NCBI GenBank assembly: GCA_965229605.1
Contig: OZ245892.1
Coordinates: 1,608,102-1,672,101, forward strand
Direction: 5' to 3'
DNA: 64,000 bases
Origin: Alphaproteobacteria bacterium
Lineage (GTDB): Bacteria > Pseudomonadota > Alphaproteobacteria > CBDDJK01
A program made the position numbers and the translations under genes. Under the pieces are notes generated by a model. It was not told where the DNA came from. It searched no databases and saw only the letters and a list, made by a program, of their open reading frames with translations. The stretch's first letter is position 1, and each line of letters opens with the position of its first letter. Below, one piece after another: positions 1-11,003 of this stretch.

Positions 1-2598
1 AATCTTATTCTTTCGACTTTGCGGACCAATTACTACCAGAAGGATGAAAACGGCAATCCGTCAGACTGTCTGGCCTTTAAATTTGCCAGCCAGGATATTG
101 AAGAATTGCCAAAGCCCGTGCCTTTGCGCGAGATTTTTGTCTATTCCCCGCGTTTTGAAGCGGTGCATTTGCGCTTTGGGCTGGTGGCCCGTGGCGGGCT
201 GCGCTGGTCAGACCGGCGCGAAGATTTCCGCACAGAAATTCTTGGTCTGGTTAAAGCCCAACAGGTTAAAAATGCGGTGATTGTGCCCGTGGGATCGAAA
301 GGCGGCTTTGTCTTGAAGCAACCACCGCCAGCCAGTGATCGTGCTGCTTTTATGGAAGAAGGGATCACCTGTTACAAAAGATTTATTGGCTCGATGCTGG
401 ATATCACTGATAATCTGGTTAAAGGCGCGGTTGTTCCGCCCAATGATCTGGTGCGCTATGATGCGGATGATCCCTATCTGGTGGTTGCGGCCGATAAAGG
501 CACGGCCAGCTTTTCCGACTATGCCAACGGGGTTGCCATTGAAAAAGGCTTTTGGCTGGGCGATGCCTTTGCGTCTGGCGGGTCGGTTGGCTATGACCAC
601 AAGCAGATGGGGATCACAGCCCGTGGGGGCTGGGAGGCCGTAAAGCGGCATTTCCGTGAACGTGGCAAAGACATTCAGAACGAAGATTTCACCGTGATCG
701 GGGTTGGCGATATGTCGGGAGATGTCTTTGGCAACGGGATGCTTTTATCGAAACATATTCGTTTGCAGGCGGCCTTTAACCATTTGCATATATTCCTGGA
801 CCCTGACCCGGATGCGGCGAGCAGCTTTAAAGAGCGCGAACGGCTGTTCGAGGATGTCAAGGGCTGGGGCGATTATAATCAAAAACTTTTATCGAAAGGC
901 GGTGGCATTTTTGAGCGCAGTGCCAAGTCGATTTCCCTTACCCCTGAAATCAAGGCCATGCTGGGTCTGTCGGAAGATCAGCTGCCACCGGCAACGCTTT
1001 TGAAGCATATTCTTAGAATGGATGCTGAATTGCTGTGGTTTGGCGGGATTGGCACCTATGTGAAGTCGGCGCAGGAAAGCCATGCCGATGTCGGGGATCG
1101 TGCCAATGATTCAATCCGCGTTGATGCGAATGAGCTAAATTGTCATGTGATCGGCGAAGGGGCCAATCTTGGGGTAACCCAGCAAGCACGGGTTGATTTT
1201 GCCCGGCACGGCGGGGCGGTTAATTCTGATGCCATTGACAATTCGGCGGGGGTTGATTGTTCGGACCATGAGGTCAATATCAAGATTCTGCTGAATGCGG
1301 CGATTGAAGGCGGGAGCTTGCCCGATGCAAAGCGCAATCCCTTGCTGGAGGATATGACCGATGAAGTCGCTGATCTGGTCTTGCGCAATAATTATCAGCA
1401 AACCGGCAGCCTGTCGGTGACCATGAGTGTTGCCAGCCAGAATCTGGACCGCCACCAGCGTTTGATGCGCGCTTTGGAGCGTCATGGCGGCCTTGATCGC
1501 GCTATCGAATTTTTACCCAATGAGGAAGAAATTCAGGAACGGATGCAACATAAGGAAGGCCTGACCCGTCCTGAACTGGCGGTGCTTCTGGCCTATGCCA
1601 AGAACTCGACCTATCAGATTATTCTGGATAGCACCCTTCCTGATGATTCCTATATGATGGATGATCTGGTCAATTATTTCCCGACTCCTTTACGCAAGGA
1701 TCATCTGAAAACCATTGAACAGCATAAACTGCGGCGCGAAATCACCGCAACCCAGATCACCAACTCCATGCTTAACCGCGCCGGACCAGATTTTATCAAT
1801 GAAACCGAACGGCTTACCGGGGCCTCCCCCGATGCGATTGCAAGGGCCTATGTCATTGTCCGGGATGCGTTTGACCTGCGGGCTTTCTGGAAAGCGATAG
1901 AAGAAACCGACAATCAGATGCCAGCCCAGCTACAATCGCGCATGTTCCATGAATCGCGCCGCACCCTGGAGCGCATGAGCGTCTGGTTCCTTAACCAATA
2001 CGGGCATGATCTCAATATGACCGATATGGTCCAGCGGTTTCATTCCACCTTGAAAACCTTTGCCGATAACCTGCCAAAGATTTTGCCTCCACCTGTTAAA
2101 AAGGAACTCGAAGACCGCCAGAAAAGCTTTGAAGGCCCAGGTAAAGGAGGACAAGGCGCACCTGCGGCTTTGTCACAACGTGCGGGCCAGCTGAAACTGC
2201 TTTCAACCGGCTGTGATGTTATAAGGCTTAATGAAGCAGCCCCCGACTGGTCTGTCATTAAACTCGGTCAGGTCTATACAAAAATCGGCAATCGTTTCTC
2301 CCTTGACCGGTTGCGCACAGCCGCCGATACCTTGCAGCGCGGGGAAAGCAACTGGAACCGCCTGGCCCTTTCAGCCCTGATTGATGATTTATGGGCCCTG
2401 CAATTCAGCTTTACCAAAATTGTCCTTGATCAGGCAAAACCCGATGAAGCTGATCCTTTGAAAAAATGGGAAGAAAGCAACGTCACGGCCTATACCCGGA
2501 TTGATCATTTGCTCAGCGATCTTGATGCGCTGGCAACGCTTGATCTGGCAATGCTGTCGGTTGCCAGCCGCGAGTTGCGGACCCTTATTCGGGATTAG
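1..2598 (+). CDS. NAD-specific glutamate dehydrogenase, large (about 1600-aa) class; C-terminal about 865 aa. The 5' end lies beyond the window start.
   Basis: The reading frame is open from base 1 with no stop; the ORF track 'start' at 19 is only a TTG. The translation matches the NAD-GDH large-family catalytic region (…PVGSKGGFV…, …ITARGGWEAV…GVGDMSGDVFGNG…). Confidence 0.85.
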   Translation, partial: NLILSTLRTNYYQKDENGNPSDCLAFKFASQDIEELPKPVPLREIFVYSPRFEAVHLRFGLVARGGLRWSDRREDFRTEILGLVKAQQVKNAVIVPVGSKGGFVLKQPPPASDRAAFMEEGITCYKRFIGSMLDITDNLVKGAVVPPNDLVRYDADDPYLVVAADKGTASFSDYANGVAIEKGFWLGDAFASGGSVGYDHKQMGITARGGWEAVKRHFRERGKDIQNEDFTVIGVGDMSGDVFGNGMLLSKHIRLQAAFNHLHIFLDPDPDAASSFKERERLFEDVKGWGDYNQKLLSKGGGIFERSAKSISLTPEIKAMLGLSEDQLPPATLLKHILRMDAELLWFGGIGTYVKSAQESHADVGDRANDSIRVDANELNCHVIGEGANLGVTQQARVDFARHGGAVNSDAIDNSAGVDCSDHEVNIKILLNAAIEGGSLPDAKRNPLLEDMTDEVADLVLRNNYQQTGSLSVTMSVASQNLDRHQRLMRALERHGGLDRAIEFLPNEEEIQERMQHKEGLTRPELAVLLAYAKNSTYQIILDSTLPDDSYMMDDLVNYFPTPLRKDHLKTIEQHKLRREITATQITNSMLNRAGPDFINETERLTGASPDAIARAYVIVRDAFDLRAFWKAIEETDNQMPAQLQSRMFHESRRTLERMSVWFLNQYGHDLNMTDMVQRFHSTLKTFADNLPKILPPPVKKELEDRQKSFEGPGKGGQGAPAALSQRAGQLKLLSTGCDVIRLNEAAPDWSVIKLGQVYTKIGNRFSLDRLRTAADTLQRGESNWNRLALSALIDDLWALQFSFTKIVLDQAKPDEADPLKKWEESNVTAYTRIDHLLSDLDALATLDLAMLSVASRELRTLIRD

Positions 2599-2620
2599 GC
2601 CGCTTCTTGTCCACCAGTCT

Positions 2621-3241
2621 ATGAGCGCAGAATCCAGAAATGACCGCCATCAGGAAAAGGCGGCAAAGATCAAGGCGGTCAAAGATAAAGTCTATGCCAC
2701 AAAAACCCAGGAAAAAGGCCTGATCATCGTCCATACCGGACCGGGGAAAGGCAAATCGTCGGCGGCATTTGGCATGGTGATGCGTGCGATTGCACACGGG
2801 ATGAAAGTCGGCGTTGTGCAATTTATCAAAGGGGCGGCCGATCAGGACAGCGGAGAGCGCAGACTGCTTGAAAAGCATTTTTCTAACTCCTGTGCGTTTC
2901 ATGTGGCGGGCGAAGGCTTTACCTGGGAGACTCAAGACCGCGCCCGTGATATTGAAAAAGCCGAAGCAGGCTGGGCAACCGCGCAGCAGCTTATTCTCGA
3001 GCCTTCTGTGCAACTGGTTGTGCTTGATGAAATCAATATCGCGCTGCGCTATGATTATTTAGATATCAATGCTGTCCTTGAATTTCTGCGCGAGAAAAAA
3101 CCGGCGATGACGCATGTGGTTTTAACCGGGCGCAATGCCAAGCCTGAACTGATTGAAATGGCTGATCTGGTCACTGAAATGACTCTGGTCAAACATCCTT
3201 TCCGTGGCGGGGTCAAGGCCCAGCCCGGCATTGAATTTTAG
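2621..3241 (+). CDS. cobO: cob(I)yrinic acid a,c-diamide adenosyltransferase (CobO/BtuR family)
   Basis: The ATG at 2621 gives MSAESRNDRHQE…IIVHTGPGKGKSSAAFGMVMRAIAHGMKVGVVQFIKG, which carries the P-loop and CobA/CobO signature. The longer ORF from 2501 overlaps the GDH 3' end and I rejected it. Confidence 0.85.
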   Translation: MSAESRNDRHQEKAAKIKAVKDKVYATKTQEKGLIIVHTGPGKGKSSAAFGMVMRAIAHGMKVGVVQFIKGAADQDSGERRLLEKHFSNSCAFHVAGEGFTWETQDRARDIEKAEAGWATAQQLILEPSVQLVVLDEINIALRYDYLDINAVLEFLREKKPAMTHVVLTGRNAKPELIEMADLVTEMTLVKHPFRGGVKAQPGIEF

Positions 3242-3255
3242 TTTAACGCCAGACC

Positions 3256-4758
3256 ATGCCAGGCTTGATGATTCAAGGAACCGGCTCCAATGTCGGGAAG
3301 TCGATGATTGTTGCCGGACTTTGCCGGGCCGCCGTGCGGCGCGGGATCAAAGTGGCCCCGTTCAAACCCCAGAATATGTCCAATAATGCGGCGGTTACCG
3401 TTGATGGCGGTGAAATAGGCCGTGCCCAGGCCTTGCAAGCCCTGGCCTGTCATCTACCGACCTCGGTTGATATGAATCCGGTATTGCTCAAACCGGAAGG
3501 CCAGCAATCGTCTCAGGTTATTGTGCAGGGAAAACGCCTGGAAACCGTTTCTGCCCGGGCCTATTCTGCATTGAAACCCCGGCTTTTACCAGCTGTGCTT
3601 GAAAGCTATCAGCGGCTGGAGCGAACCCATGGGTTGGTGCTGGTTGAAGGGGCTGGCAGCCCGGCTGAAGTGAACCTGCGGGCCAATGACATTGCCAATA
3701 TGGGCTTTGCCCATGCCGCAAATCTTCCGGTTGTGCTGGCCGGGGACATTGACCGGGGCGGCGTCATCGCCCAGCTGGTTGGCACCCATGCAATTTTACC
3801 GGCAGAAGATGAATCACGGATTAAAGGCTTTTTGATCAATAAATTCCGGGGCGATCCCCGGCTCTTCGATGATGGCTATCAGATGATTGAAGAACATACC
3901 GGCTGGCGCGGCTTCGGGGTTGTTCCCTATTTTGCCGAGGCCTGGAAACTGCCAGCCGAAGACGGGCAAGACCTGCTGCGCTATAATGACCATCATGATT
4001 CTAAAAAGAATCATTTTCATATTGTCTGTCTGGGTCTGCCGCATATTGCCAATTTTGATGATCTTGACCCGTTGGCACAAGAACCCGGCGTGAGCCTGAC
4101 CATGCTTAAATCAGGCGAAAGCCTGCCCGCAACCTGTGATCTGGTGATTATTCCAGGCAGCAAGGCCACCCGCCAAGACCTGATTTTCCTGAAAGACCAG
4201 GGCTGGGACATTGACCTGATGGCCCATATGCGGCGTGGCGGGAAAATTCTGGGGTTATGCGGGGGCTATCAAATGCTGGGAAGCGTGATCCGCGACCCGA
4301 AAGGATTGGAGCGTTTCACCCCAACCAACGCGCAATCCTCAAAAGACGAAACAGCCGGATTGAATCTGCTCCGGGTCGAAACCATCCTCAGCGCACAAAA
4401 GCACCTGACCCGCGTGCAAGCCCGACATAGCGAATCAGGGCTGACGATTGATGGCTATGAAATACATCTTGGAAAAACCAAGGGGCCGGATTGCGCCCGC
4501 CCCTTTGCCACGATCATTGAGGGCGATAAAACGCAGACAGAAGGGGCCTGTTCAGAAAATGGACAGATTCAAGGCACCTATCTGCACGGGCTTTTTACCA
4601 ATGATGATTTCCGGGCGCATTTCTTACGCGAACTTGGCGTGACGCAAGCCGGATCAACCCGTTACGAACAAACGCTTGATGAAACTTTGAATGCGCTTGC
4701 CGATCATCTGGAAGCGCATCTGGACTTGACGGGATTATTTGAACTGGCGGGAGGTTAG
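3256..4758 (+). CDS. cobQ: cobyric acid synthase
   Basis: The protein is 500 aa with the CobQ N-terminus ([20 protein letters not shown]), a dethiobiotin-synthase-like domain and a C-terminal GATase domain. It follows cobO. Confidence 0.9.
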   Translation: MPGLMIQGTGSNVGKSMIVAGLCRAAVRRGIKVAPFKPQNMSNNAAVTVDGGEIGRAQALQALACHLPTSVDMNPVLLKPEGQQSSQVIVQGKRLETVSARAYSALKPRLLPAVLESYQRLERTHGLVLVEGAGSPAEVNLRANDIANMGFAHAANLPVVLAGDIDRGGVIAQLVGTHAILPAEDESRIKGFLINKFRGDPRLFDDGYQMIEEHTGWRGFGVVPYFAEAWKLPAEDGQDLLRYNDHHDSKKNHFHIVCLGLPHIANFDDLDPLAQEPGVSLTMLKSGESLPATCDLVIIPGSKATRQDLIFLKDQGWDIDLMAHMRRGGKILGLCGGYQMLGSVIRDPKGLERFTPTNAQSSKDETAGLNLLRVETILSAQKHLTRVQARHSESGLTIDGYEIHLGKTKGPDCARPFATIIEGDKTQTEGACSENGQIQGTYLHGLFTNDDFRAHFLRELGVTQAGSTRYEQTLDETLNALADHLEAHLDLTGLFELAGG

Positions 4759-5194
4759 GGCCAGGACTCATAAAATTCATCCATTCTGTTGGTCAAGAAA
4801 GGTAAAGATACAATGAAAACAAGCGAAAGCATAGTTTTAGCTACGGTGAGCTTGTTTGAAGCTGTAGATTTGCCTTTATTGACCAACCTTGTAAAGGCGC
4901 GGCAAATTTTTGTATCTGAACTTTCAAACCGCTTGCAATTAGCGATGGCTAGTGTACCGTTTCACTGATTTTCCGTCTCTTGCGGCTAGTCCGTTTGAAA
5001 ATCAGTGAAACATAAGGTGCACTAGCAAACTAACTTGCTAGTACTGCTTAATTTCAATAATTTGCTTATCGTAACTTGCGGACAGATTCGGCAAATTATT
5101 GAAATGCAGTACTAGTCACTGCACGCTTTTCAAGCCCATCTATCAAAAATTTGACACGCGCAGAACGGATGAATCTTATGGGTCCTGACCCTAA
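4755..5194. mobile_element. 440-bp structured non-coding element with imperfect 23-bp terminal inverted repeats (MITE-like). It lies between the convergent cobQ and nrdR.
   Basis: The left end TTAGGGCCAGGACTCATAAAATT (4755-4777) matches the reverse complement of the right end AATCTTATGGGTCCTGACCCTAA (5172-5194) at 20 of 23 positions. The interior is AT-richer than its surroundings. It holds two long imperfect hairpins (about 4949-5028 and 5038-5115) and a short hairpin between them, ctagcaaactaacttgctag. No ORF of 60 aa or more is present. Confidence 0.45.
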
Positions 5195-5652
5195 TTCTCT
5201 TTTGCGCTCAAGTCGCGGGCGACAAAATCAAGAAAATCCGTGGCCTCGCTAAAATCACGATAAACAGACGCAAAGCGGATATAGGCCACCTGATCAAGTT
5301 TCTGCAATTCCTCCATCACACATTCCCCGATAGAGGCCACCGGGACTTCCTGCTCGCCAACCGATTCCAGACGCCGGACAATCTCGTTGGCCACCATCTC
5401 GATCTTCTGCTGATCAATATTGCGCTTGCGCAAGGCGGTGCGCATGGAACGCACGATCTTTTCGCGCTCAAGCTGTTCGCGAGTCCCATCCTTTTTGATC
5501 ACCAGAAGCTCGCGCATCTGCACCCGCTCAAAGGTCGTGAAACGGGCACCACAACTGTTGCACTGGCGGCGGCGGCGGATGGCTCCACCGTCCTCGGTCG
5601 GGCGCGAATCACGCACCTGTGTATCATCATGTGAACAAAACGGACATTTCAT
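5191..5652 (-). CDS. nrdR: transcriptional repressor NrdR
   Basis: [42 protein letters not shown] shows the zinc ribbon and ATP-cone. Confidence 0.9.
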   Translation of the reverse strand: MKCPFCSHDDTQVRDSRPTEDGGAIRRRRQCNSCGARFTTFERVQMRELLVIKKDGTREQLEREKIVRSMRTALRKRNIDQQKIEMVANEIVRRLESVGEQEVPVASIGECVMEELQKLDQVAYIRFASVYRDFSEATDFLDFVARDLSAKEN

Positions 5653-5715
5653 CTTGCTATCTCTGCGCCCGGTTTATGTCAGCGCATATCCTCCCGATTC
5701 AACCAAACGCCCATT

Positions 5716-7026
5716 TTAACCAAATGCCTGGTCATAAAGCGGGAAATTCCTGGTCAGAGAAATCACCTTTGCCCGGACAGCAGCTTCAACCTGGCTGTTG
5801 TCTTCCGGGTTGTCTTGCAAACCGCGCAGGACTTCCAGAATCAACTGCCCGGTCTGTTTAAATTCGGCTTCGCCAAAGCCCCGGGTGGTTGCTGCCGGAG
5901 TGCCAAGACGAATCCCGCTGGTTACCGTCGGCTTTTCAGGGTCGCCCGGAACCGCGTTTTTATTGCAGGTAATCAGGGCGCGCTCCAGGCTTTTATCGGC
6001 AGCAACACCGGTTAATCCCATCGGGCGCAAATCAACCAGCAGCAAATGGGTATCCGTGCCACCTGAAACAATATCCAGTCCGCCAGCCGATAATTCGCGG
6101 GCCAGAATATCCGCATTATGACAGACTGCCTTGATATAGGTTTTAAATGCGGGTTCCAGAGCTTCGCCAAAACCAACCGCCTTGCCAGCAATCGCATGCA
6201 TCAAAGGCCCGCCTTGCAGGCCGGGAAAGATCGCACTGTTGATTTTTTTCGCCACATCCTCGCGGTTGGTTAAAATCAGCCCGCCCCGGCTGCAACGCAG
6301 GGTTTTATGGGTTGTCGAGGTCACAACATCAGCAAACGGCAGGGGGTCGGGATGTTCGCCTGCTGCAACCAGGCCTGAAATATGGGCCATATCAACCAGC
6401 AAATACGCCCCGACCTCATCGGCAATCGCGCGGAATTTTTCAAAGTCAATCACCCGTGGATAGGCCGATCCGCCAGCAATAATCATTTTGGGTTTTTGGC
6501 GATGCGCCATCTCGGCCACCTGATCATAATCAAGATAACCATCTTGCACGCGTACCCCGTAGCCTTCGGCCTTAAACCATTTGCCAGACTGATTGGGCGG
6601 GGCCCCGTGGGTTAAATGCCCGCCATGGGCCAGCGACATGCCCAGAATCGGGTCTCCCGGTTGCAGCAGGCTCATGAAAACTGCCTGATTGGCCTGTGAT
6701 CCCGAATGTGGCTGAACATTGACAAATTCGGCCCCGAACAATTTCTTTGCCCGCGCAATCGCCAGCATTTCAATTTCATCAGCATGAACACAGCCACCAT
6801 AATAACGCCGCCCGGAATAGCCTTCGGCATATTTATTGGTGAAGACAGACCCGCTGGCCTGCATGACGGCTCTCGAAACAATGTTTTCAGAGGCGATCAG
6901 CTCAATCCCCTCGTGCTGGCGTGCCAGTTCACGCGATAGAATAGCCGCAGCCTCCTGATCAGAAGCATCAACCGCTTGGTCAAAAAATTCAGCCCAGTTC
7001 GGGGACTTGTTAAGCATAATCGCCAA
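5716..7026 (-). CDS. glyA: serine hydroxymethyltransferase
   Basis: The protein is 436 aa with the SHMT PLP motif region (…[15 protein letters not shown]-like '[15 protein letters not shown]'). Confidence 0.95.
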   Translation of the reverse strand: MAIMLNKSPNWAEFFDQAVDASDQEAAAILSRELARQHEGIELIASENIVSRAVMQASGSVFTNKYAEGYSGRRYYGGCVHADEIEMLAIARAKKLFGAEFVNVQPHSGSQANQAVFMSLLQPGDPILGMSLAHGGHLTHGAPPNQSGKWFKAEGYGVRVQDGYLDYDQVAEMAHRQKPKMIIAGGSAYPRVIDFEKFRAIADEVGAYLLVDMAHISGLVAAGEHPDPLPFADVVTSTTHKTLRCSRGGLILTNREDVAKKINSAIFPGLQGGPLMHAIAGKAVGFGEALEPAFKTYIKAVCHNADILARELSAGGLDIVSGGTDTHLLLVDLRPMGLTGVAADKSLERALITCNKNAVPGDPEKPTVTSGIRLGTPAATTRGFGEAEFKQTGQLILEVLRGLQDNPEDNSQVEAAVRAKVISLTRNFPLYDQAFG

Positions 7027-7046
7027 TCTCCATTTTGAGGAAAATA

Positions 7047-7487
7047 TTAAAGGGGGGCTGCCAGCTTGTCGATCCGCCGCTGGTGGCGGCCACCTTCAAA
7101 TGAACCCTTACAAAAGGCTTTAAAGATATCGATGGCTTGTTGTTGATCAAGAAACCTTGCCCCCAGAACCAGAACATTCGCATCATTATGGGACCTTGAA
7201 AGCTCGGCAATCTCAGGCGAATGACAAAGGGCCGCACGAATATGATGATGCCGGTTTGCTGCAATCGTCATGCCAATCCCGCTGCCGCAAATCAGGACCC
7301 CCGATCCTTCAGGGTCGTTTGCCAATGCATCCACAAGTTTATGCGCATAATCGGGATAATCAACCGATTCACCGCTATCCGGGCCAAGATCAATGACTGT
7401 TATCGCCTGTTGCTGCGCAACAGCGCCTAACGCCTGCTTAAGCCCGACACCCGCATGATCAGAGGCAAAATAAATAACCCTTGGCAT
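7047..7487 (-). CDS. rpiB: ribose-5-phosphate isomerase B
   Basis: The protein is 146 aa; [17 protein letters not shown]… and …[15 protein letters not shown] match the RpiB/LacAB family. Confidence 0.85.
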   Translation of the reverse strand: MPRVIYFASDHAGVGLKQALGAVAQQQAITVIDLGPDSGESVDYPDYAHKLVDALANDPEGSGVLICGSGIGMTIAANRHHHIRAALCHSPEIAELSRSHNDANVLVLGARFLDQQQAIDIFKAFCKGSFEGGRHQRRIDKLAAPL

Positions 7488-7498
7488 ATATTGTTTCT

Positions 7499-8017
7499 TT
7501 AAAACGGAATGTCGTCATCAAGCTCGTCAGCCCGACTGGCACTATCCCTGTCTGAGTTCCCGGCTGAATGACTCATGCCACTTGCCGGATTGCGCGCCGA
7601 CTCCGTCCCGCCATAACCCGGCTCATAGCTGGCCATACCACTACCTGCACCTCCTCCCGCATTATCTCCACGCCGGTCAAGCAACGTCAACTCTCCACGA
7701 TACCGCTGAAGAACAACCTCCGTCGAATAACGATCCGCTCCCGACTGATCCTGCCACTTGCGAGTCTGTAACTGACCCTCCAGATAAACCTTCGAACCCT
7801 TCTTCAAATATTGCTCGGCAATTTCGCCAAGCCTCTCGTTGAAAATAACAACACGATGCCACTCCGTCCGCTCCTGCGGGTTGCCGTCCCGATCCTTCCA
7901 GTTCTCAGACGTCGCAATGCTCAAATTAACTATACGACCCCCGCTCTGCATCGTCCGTACCTCCGGATCGCGACCCAGATTGCCAACCAAAATAACCTTG
8001 TTAACACTCGCTGCCAT
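7499..8017 (-). CDS. ssb: single-stranded DNA-binding protein
   Basis: The start at [21 protein letters not shown] gives an OB fold, a Gly-rich linker and the acidic C-terminal tail DDDIPF. Confidence 0.9.
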   Translation of the reverse strand: MAASVNKVILVGNLGRDPEVRTMQSGGRIVNLSIATSENWKDRDGNPQERTEWHRVVIFNERLGEIAEQYLKKGSKVYLEGQLQTRKWQDQSGADRYSTEVVLQRYRGELTLLDRRGDNAGGGAGSGMASYEPGYGGTESARNPASGMSHSAGNSDRDSASRADELDDDIPF

Positions 8018-8137
8018 GGTCCACTCCTCAAAGCTCGGCAAAATTATACGCTCCGCCAGTTATCTCACCTCAGCACGGATCAGACAAGTTGATTCTCCCG
8101 ATCAGAGGAATTTCTAATCGCTGAAATGCAAATTTTC

Positions 8138-8166
8138 TTGACCTTCACCTATTGGCTACCTAGATT
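8138..8166 (+). promoter_or_regulatory. candidate sigma70-type promoter for trxA (TTGACC, 17 nt, TAGATT)
   Basis: The -35 and -10 hexamers show near-consensus spacing about 85 nt upstream of the trxA ATG. Confidence 0.35.
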
Positions 8167-8251
8167 GAATCAACAGACCAAACAGGACAATCCAGTCCCG
8201 AAAATACGTCCACCAAAATCTATCCACTCGCAACATATCAGGAGCCTCCGC

Positions 8252-8581
8252 ATGGCAACAAAAACTGTAACCGACGCCAGCTTTCAACAAGATGTTCTCC
8301 AATCACCCCATCCAGTCCTGGTCGACTATTGGGCCGAATGGTGCGCGCCATGCAAGATGATCGCTCCAGCACTTGAAGAACTCTCCAGCGATATGACCGG
8401 GAAACTCACCGTCGCAAAAATCAATATCGACGAAAACCCCGACACGCCAAGCAAATATGGAGTCCGGGGCATTCCAACCCTCATGCTGTTCAAAAACGGC
8501 GAAATTGTTGATATGAAAGTCGGTGCCATGTCCAAAAATCAGCTACAACGCTGGATCGAAGAAGAAGTTGAATCCGTATAA
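8252..8581 (+). CDS. trxA: thioredoxin
   Basis: [16 protein letters not shown]…[13 protein letters not shown] contains the WCxPC active site. A GGAG RBS precedes the ATG at 8252. Confidence 0.9.
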   Translation: MATKTVTDASFQQDVLQSPHPVLVDYWAEWCAPCKMIAPALEELSSDMTGKLTVAKINIDENPDTPSKYGVRGIPTLMLFKNGEIVDMKVGAMSKNQLQRWIEEEVESV

Positions 8582-8623
8582 CATATAACGGAATCACTTT
8601 AAAAATCTCTCCAGAGAGTCATC

Positions 8624-9073
8624 ATGGCTGCGCAACATTCTGTCTGGCTGATCAATGGCCCTAATCTCAATCTGACGGGATACCGCCAGCCCGAGATTTA
8701 TGGCGCACGCACTTTGCCAGAAATTGATGAAGATGCCCGTGAATTTGCAAAGTCACTGGGCATTGCGCTAACCTGCAAACAATCCAATCATGAAGGGACC
8801 CTGATTGACTGGCTGCATGAGGCCAGATCCTCTGCCAACGGGGTTATTCTGAATGCCGGAGGCTATAGCCATACATCGGTTGCTCTGGCTGATGCGGTTG
8901 GTGCCTTTGACGGGCCAACGATTGAACTGCATTTGTCTAATATTCATGCCCGCGAGACTTTTCGCCAGCATTCGATGATTTCACGCGTTGCCGTCGGGCT
9001 GATTTGCGGGTTTGGGGCTGATGGCTACCGCCTGGCAATCAGCGCCATGCAGGTAATTTTAAACAAAAGCTGA
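8624..9073 (+). CDS. aroQ: 3-dehydroquinate dehydratase, type II
   Basis: The protein is 149 aa; …LINGPNLNLTGYRQPEIYG… and HLSNIHARE are AroQ signatures. Confidence 0.9.
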   Translation: MAAQHSVWLINGPNLNLTGYRQPEIYGARTLPEIDEDAREFAKSLGIALTCKQSNHEGTLIDWLHEARSSANGVILNAGGYSHTSVALADAVGAFDGPTIELHLSNIHARETFRQHSMISRVAVGLICGFGADGYRLAISAMQVILNKS

Positions 9074-9125
9074 TTTGGGGTATCAGCGGTAGTGTGATCG
9101 CACGAAAGGGATTACGAAAGGGATA

Positions 9126-9647
9126 TTGATGAATAAAGATACGGTTGACCTCAAATTCCTCAATGGGCTGGCCAGCCTGATGACAAAACACGGCATTGCC
9201 GAATTGCGGATTCGTGATGGCGAGCAGGAAATTGATCTTTCCCGTGATGGGGCGAGCAGCCCGTGGGAAAATCCTGACCCGCTTGTCAGCAGCTTGCAGG
9301 GACAAACCTTCCAAAATAATTATCAACACCCGCAGACAGATGAAAGGCCACCTGTCCAGCCTTCTTCAAACGCGTCTCCTGCCACCAATCAAGCGCCTGC
9401 AAGTCAGCCGCCTGCGGGAGCACTCACCTCCCCGATGGTTGGGACTGTCTATCTGGCGCCACAACCCGGTGCCCCCCGCTTTGTCGAGGTCGGTCAATCG
9501 GTCACACAAGGCCAGATTGTGCTGCTGATCGAGGCCATGAAAGTGATGAATCAAATTCAGGCCGCACAGGCCGGAACCGTGACAGAAATTCTGGTACAGG
9601 ATGGTCAGCCGGTTGAATATGGACAACCGCTTCTTGTGATCAGCTGA
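9126..9647 (+). CDS. accB: acetyl-CoA carboxylase biotin carboxyl carrier protein
   Basis: It has a Pro/Ala-rich linker and the biotinyl-lysine motif EAMKVMN. Confidence 0.9.
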   Translation: MMNKDTVDLKFLNGLASLMTKHGIAELRIRDGEQEIDLSRDGASSPWENPDPLVSSLQGQTFQNNYQHPQTDERPPVQPSSNASPATNQAPASQPPAGALTSPMVGTVYLAPQPGAPRFVEVGQSVTQGQIVLLIEAMKVMNQIQAAQAGTVTEILVQDGQPVEYGQPLLVIS

Positions 9648-9656
9648 TGGCTCATC

Positions 9657-11003
9657 ATGTTTGAAAAAATCCTTATTGCAAATCGTGGAGAAATCGCGCT
9701 GCGTATTCACCGCGCTTGCAAGGAGCTTGGCATAAATACTGTTGCAATCCATTCAACAGCCGATATGGATGCCATGCATGTAAGGCTTGCCGATGAGTCG
9801 GTCTGCATTGGGCCGCCACCGCCAAGGGATTCCTATTTAAATATGCAAGCCATCCTGTCTGCTGCCTTATTGACCGGGGCAGATGCGATCCATCCCGGCG
9901 TCGGGTTTTTATCTGAAAACGCCCGCTTTGCTGAAATGATTGAAGAACATGGCATGGTCTTTATTGGCCCGTCGGCTGAACATATCCGCTTGATGGGAGA
10001 TAAAATTCAGGCCAAGCAAGTGGCCAAGGAGCTTGGCCTGCCGGTGGTGCCCGGAAGTGACGGGGCTGTCAAAAGCAGCGAGGAAGCACAGGCGATTGCC
10101 AAGGAGATTGGTTTTCCGCTGATTATCAAGGCGGCTGCCGGAGGAGGAGGACGCGGCATGAAAGTCGCAACCCATCCTGACCAGCTGGCAGAGGCGATGG
10201 CTTTGTGCCAGGCCGAGGCCAAAGCCGCTTTTGGGGATGATGCGGTTTATCTTGAGCGTTATCTGGCCACCCCGCGCCATATTGAAATTCAGGTGCTTGG
10301 AGACGGGGCTGGACAATGTATCCATCTGGGAGAGCGCGATTGTTCCATTCAGCGTCGCCATCAAAAAATTATTGAGGAAACCCCGTCCCCTGGTCTGAAT
10401 GACGAGGTCCGCGATTCTATTGGGCAGATTGCGGCGGATGCTATGGCGCGCTTTAATTATCGCGGGGCCGGAACTATCGAGTTTTTATACGAAGAGAATG
10501 TGTTCGCCTTTATTGAAATGAATACCCGCCTTCAGGTTGAACATCCGATCACCGAGATGGTCACCGGCATTGATCTTGTGCGCGAACAAATCAAGATTGC
10601 AGCCGGGCATCCTTTATGTCTGACGCAAAAAGATGTCACCTTTAATGGCTGTGCGATTGAATGCCGGATCACGGCTGAACATCCCCGGACCTTTATGCCC
10701 TCGCCGGGGCGTATCGGCGATTATCACGCCGCAGGGGGGCCGGGTGTGCGTGTTGATAGCCATATTTATAGTGGTTATACAATCCCGCCATTTTATGATA
10801 GTCTGATTGCCAAACTGATTGTGCATGGTCATACGCGCAATGAATGTTTGCATCGCTTGAATCGTTCGCTAAATGAATATGCAATTAGCGGGATTGATAC
10901 GACTATTCCGCTTCACCGGGATATTATCGCACAAAAGGAATTTATTGACGGGATCTATAATATTCATTGGCTGGAGCAATGGATGTCTCAAAGCCAGAAT
11001 TAA
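9657..11003 (+). CDS. accC: acetyl-CoA carboxylase biotin carboxylase subunit
   Basis: The protein is 448 aa with an ATP-grasp fold. MFEKILIANRGEIALRI… is the canonical AccC N-terminus, and the gene follows accB. Confidence 0.95.
   Translation: MFEKILIANRGEIALRIHRACKELGINTVAIHSTADMDAMHVRLADESVCIGPPPPRDSYLNMQAILSAALLTGADAIHPGVGFLSENARFAEMIEEHGMVFIGPSAEHIRLMGDKIQAKQVAKELGLPVVPGSDGAVKSSEEAQAIAKEIGFPLIIKAAAGGGGRGMKVATHPDQLAEAMALCQAEAKAAFGDDAVYLERYLATPRHIEIQVLGDGAGQCIHLGERDCSIQRRHQKIIEETPSPGLNDEVRDSIGQIAADAMARFNYRGAGTIEFLYEENVFAFIEMNTRLQVEHPITEMVTGIDLVREQIKIAAGHPLCLTQKDVTFNGCAIECRITAEHPRTFMPSPGRIGDYHAAGGPGVRVDSHIYSGYTIPPFYDSLIAKLIVHGHTRNECLHRLNRSLNEYAISGIDTTIPLHRDIIAQKEFIDGIYNIHWLEQWMSQSQN

Noticed and set aside
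208-1485. Several antisense or alternative-frame ORFs inside the GDH gene (208..651-, 335..643+, 704..1003+, 1135..1485-)
   Set aside because: They are embedded in a long, well-supported coding frame. They have no RBS and no recognisable domain. They are typical codon-bias shadows of a GC-moderate gene.
2501-2620. N-terminal 40 codons of the cobO ORF overlapping the GDH 3' end
   Set aside because: The conserved CobO sequence begins at the internal ATG at 2621. The upstream part overlaps the GDH coding sequence and has no family similarity.
4759-5190. Cobalamin riboswitch next to the cob genes
   Set aside because: The region is downstream of both convergent genes, not in a 5' leader. No B12-box-like conserved core is recognisable. 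The structure is dominated by long perfect hairpins flanked by inverted repeats, which fits a repeat element or terminator better.
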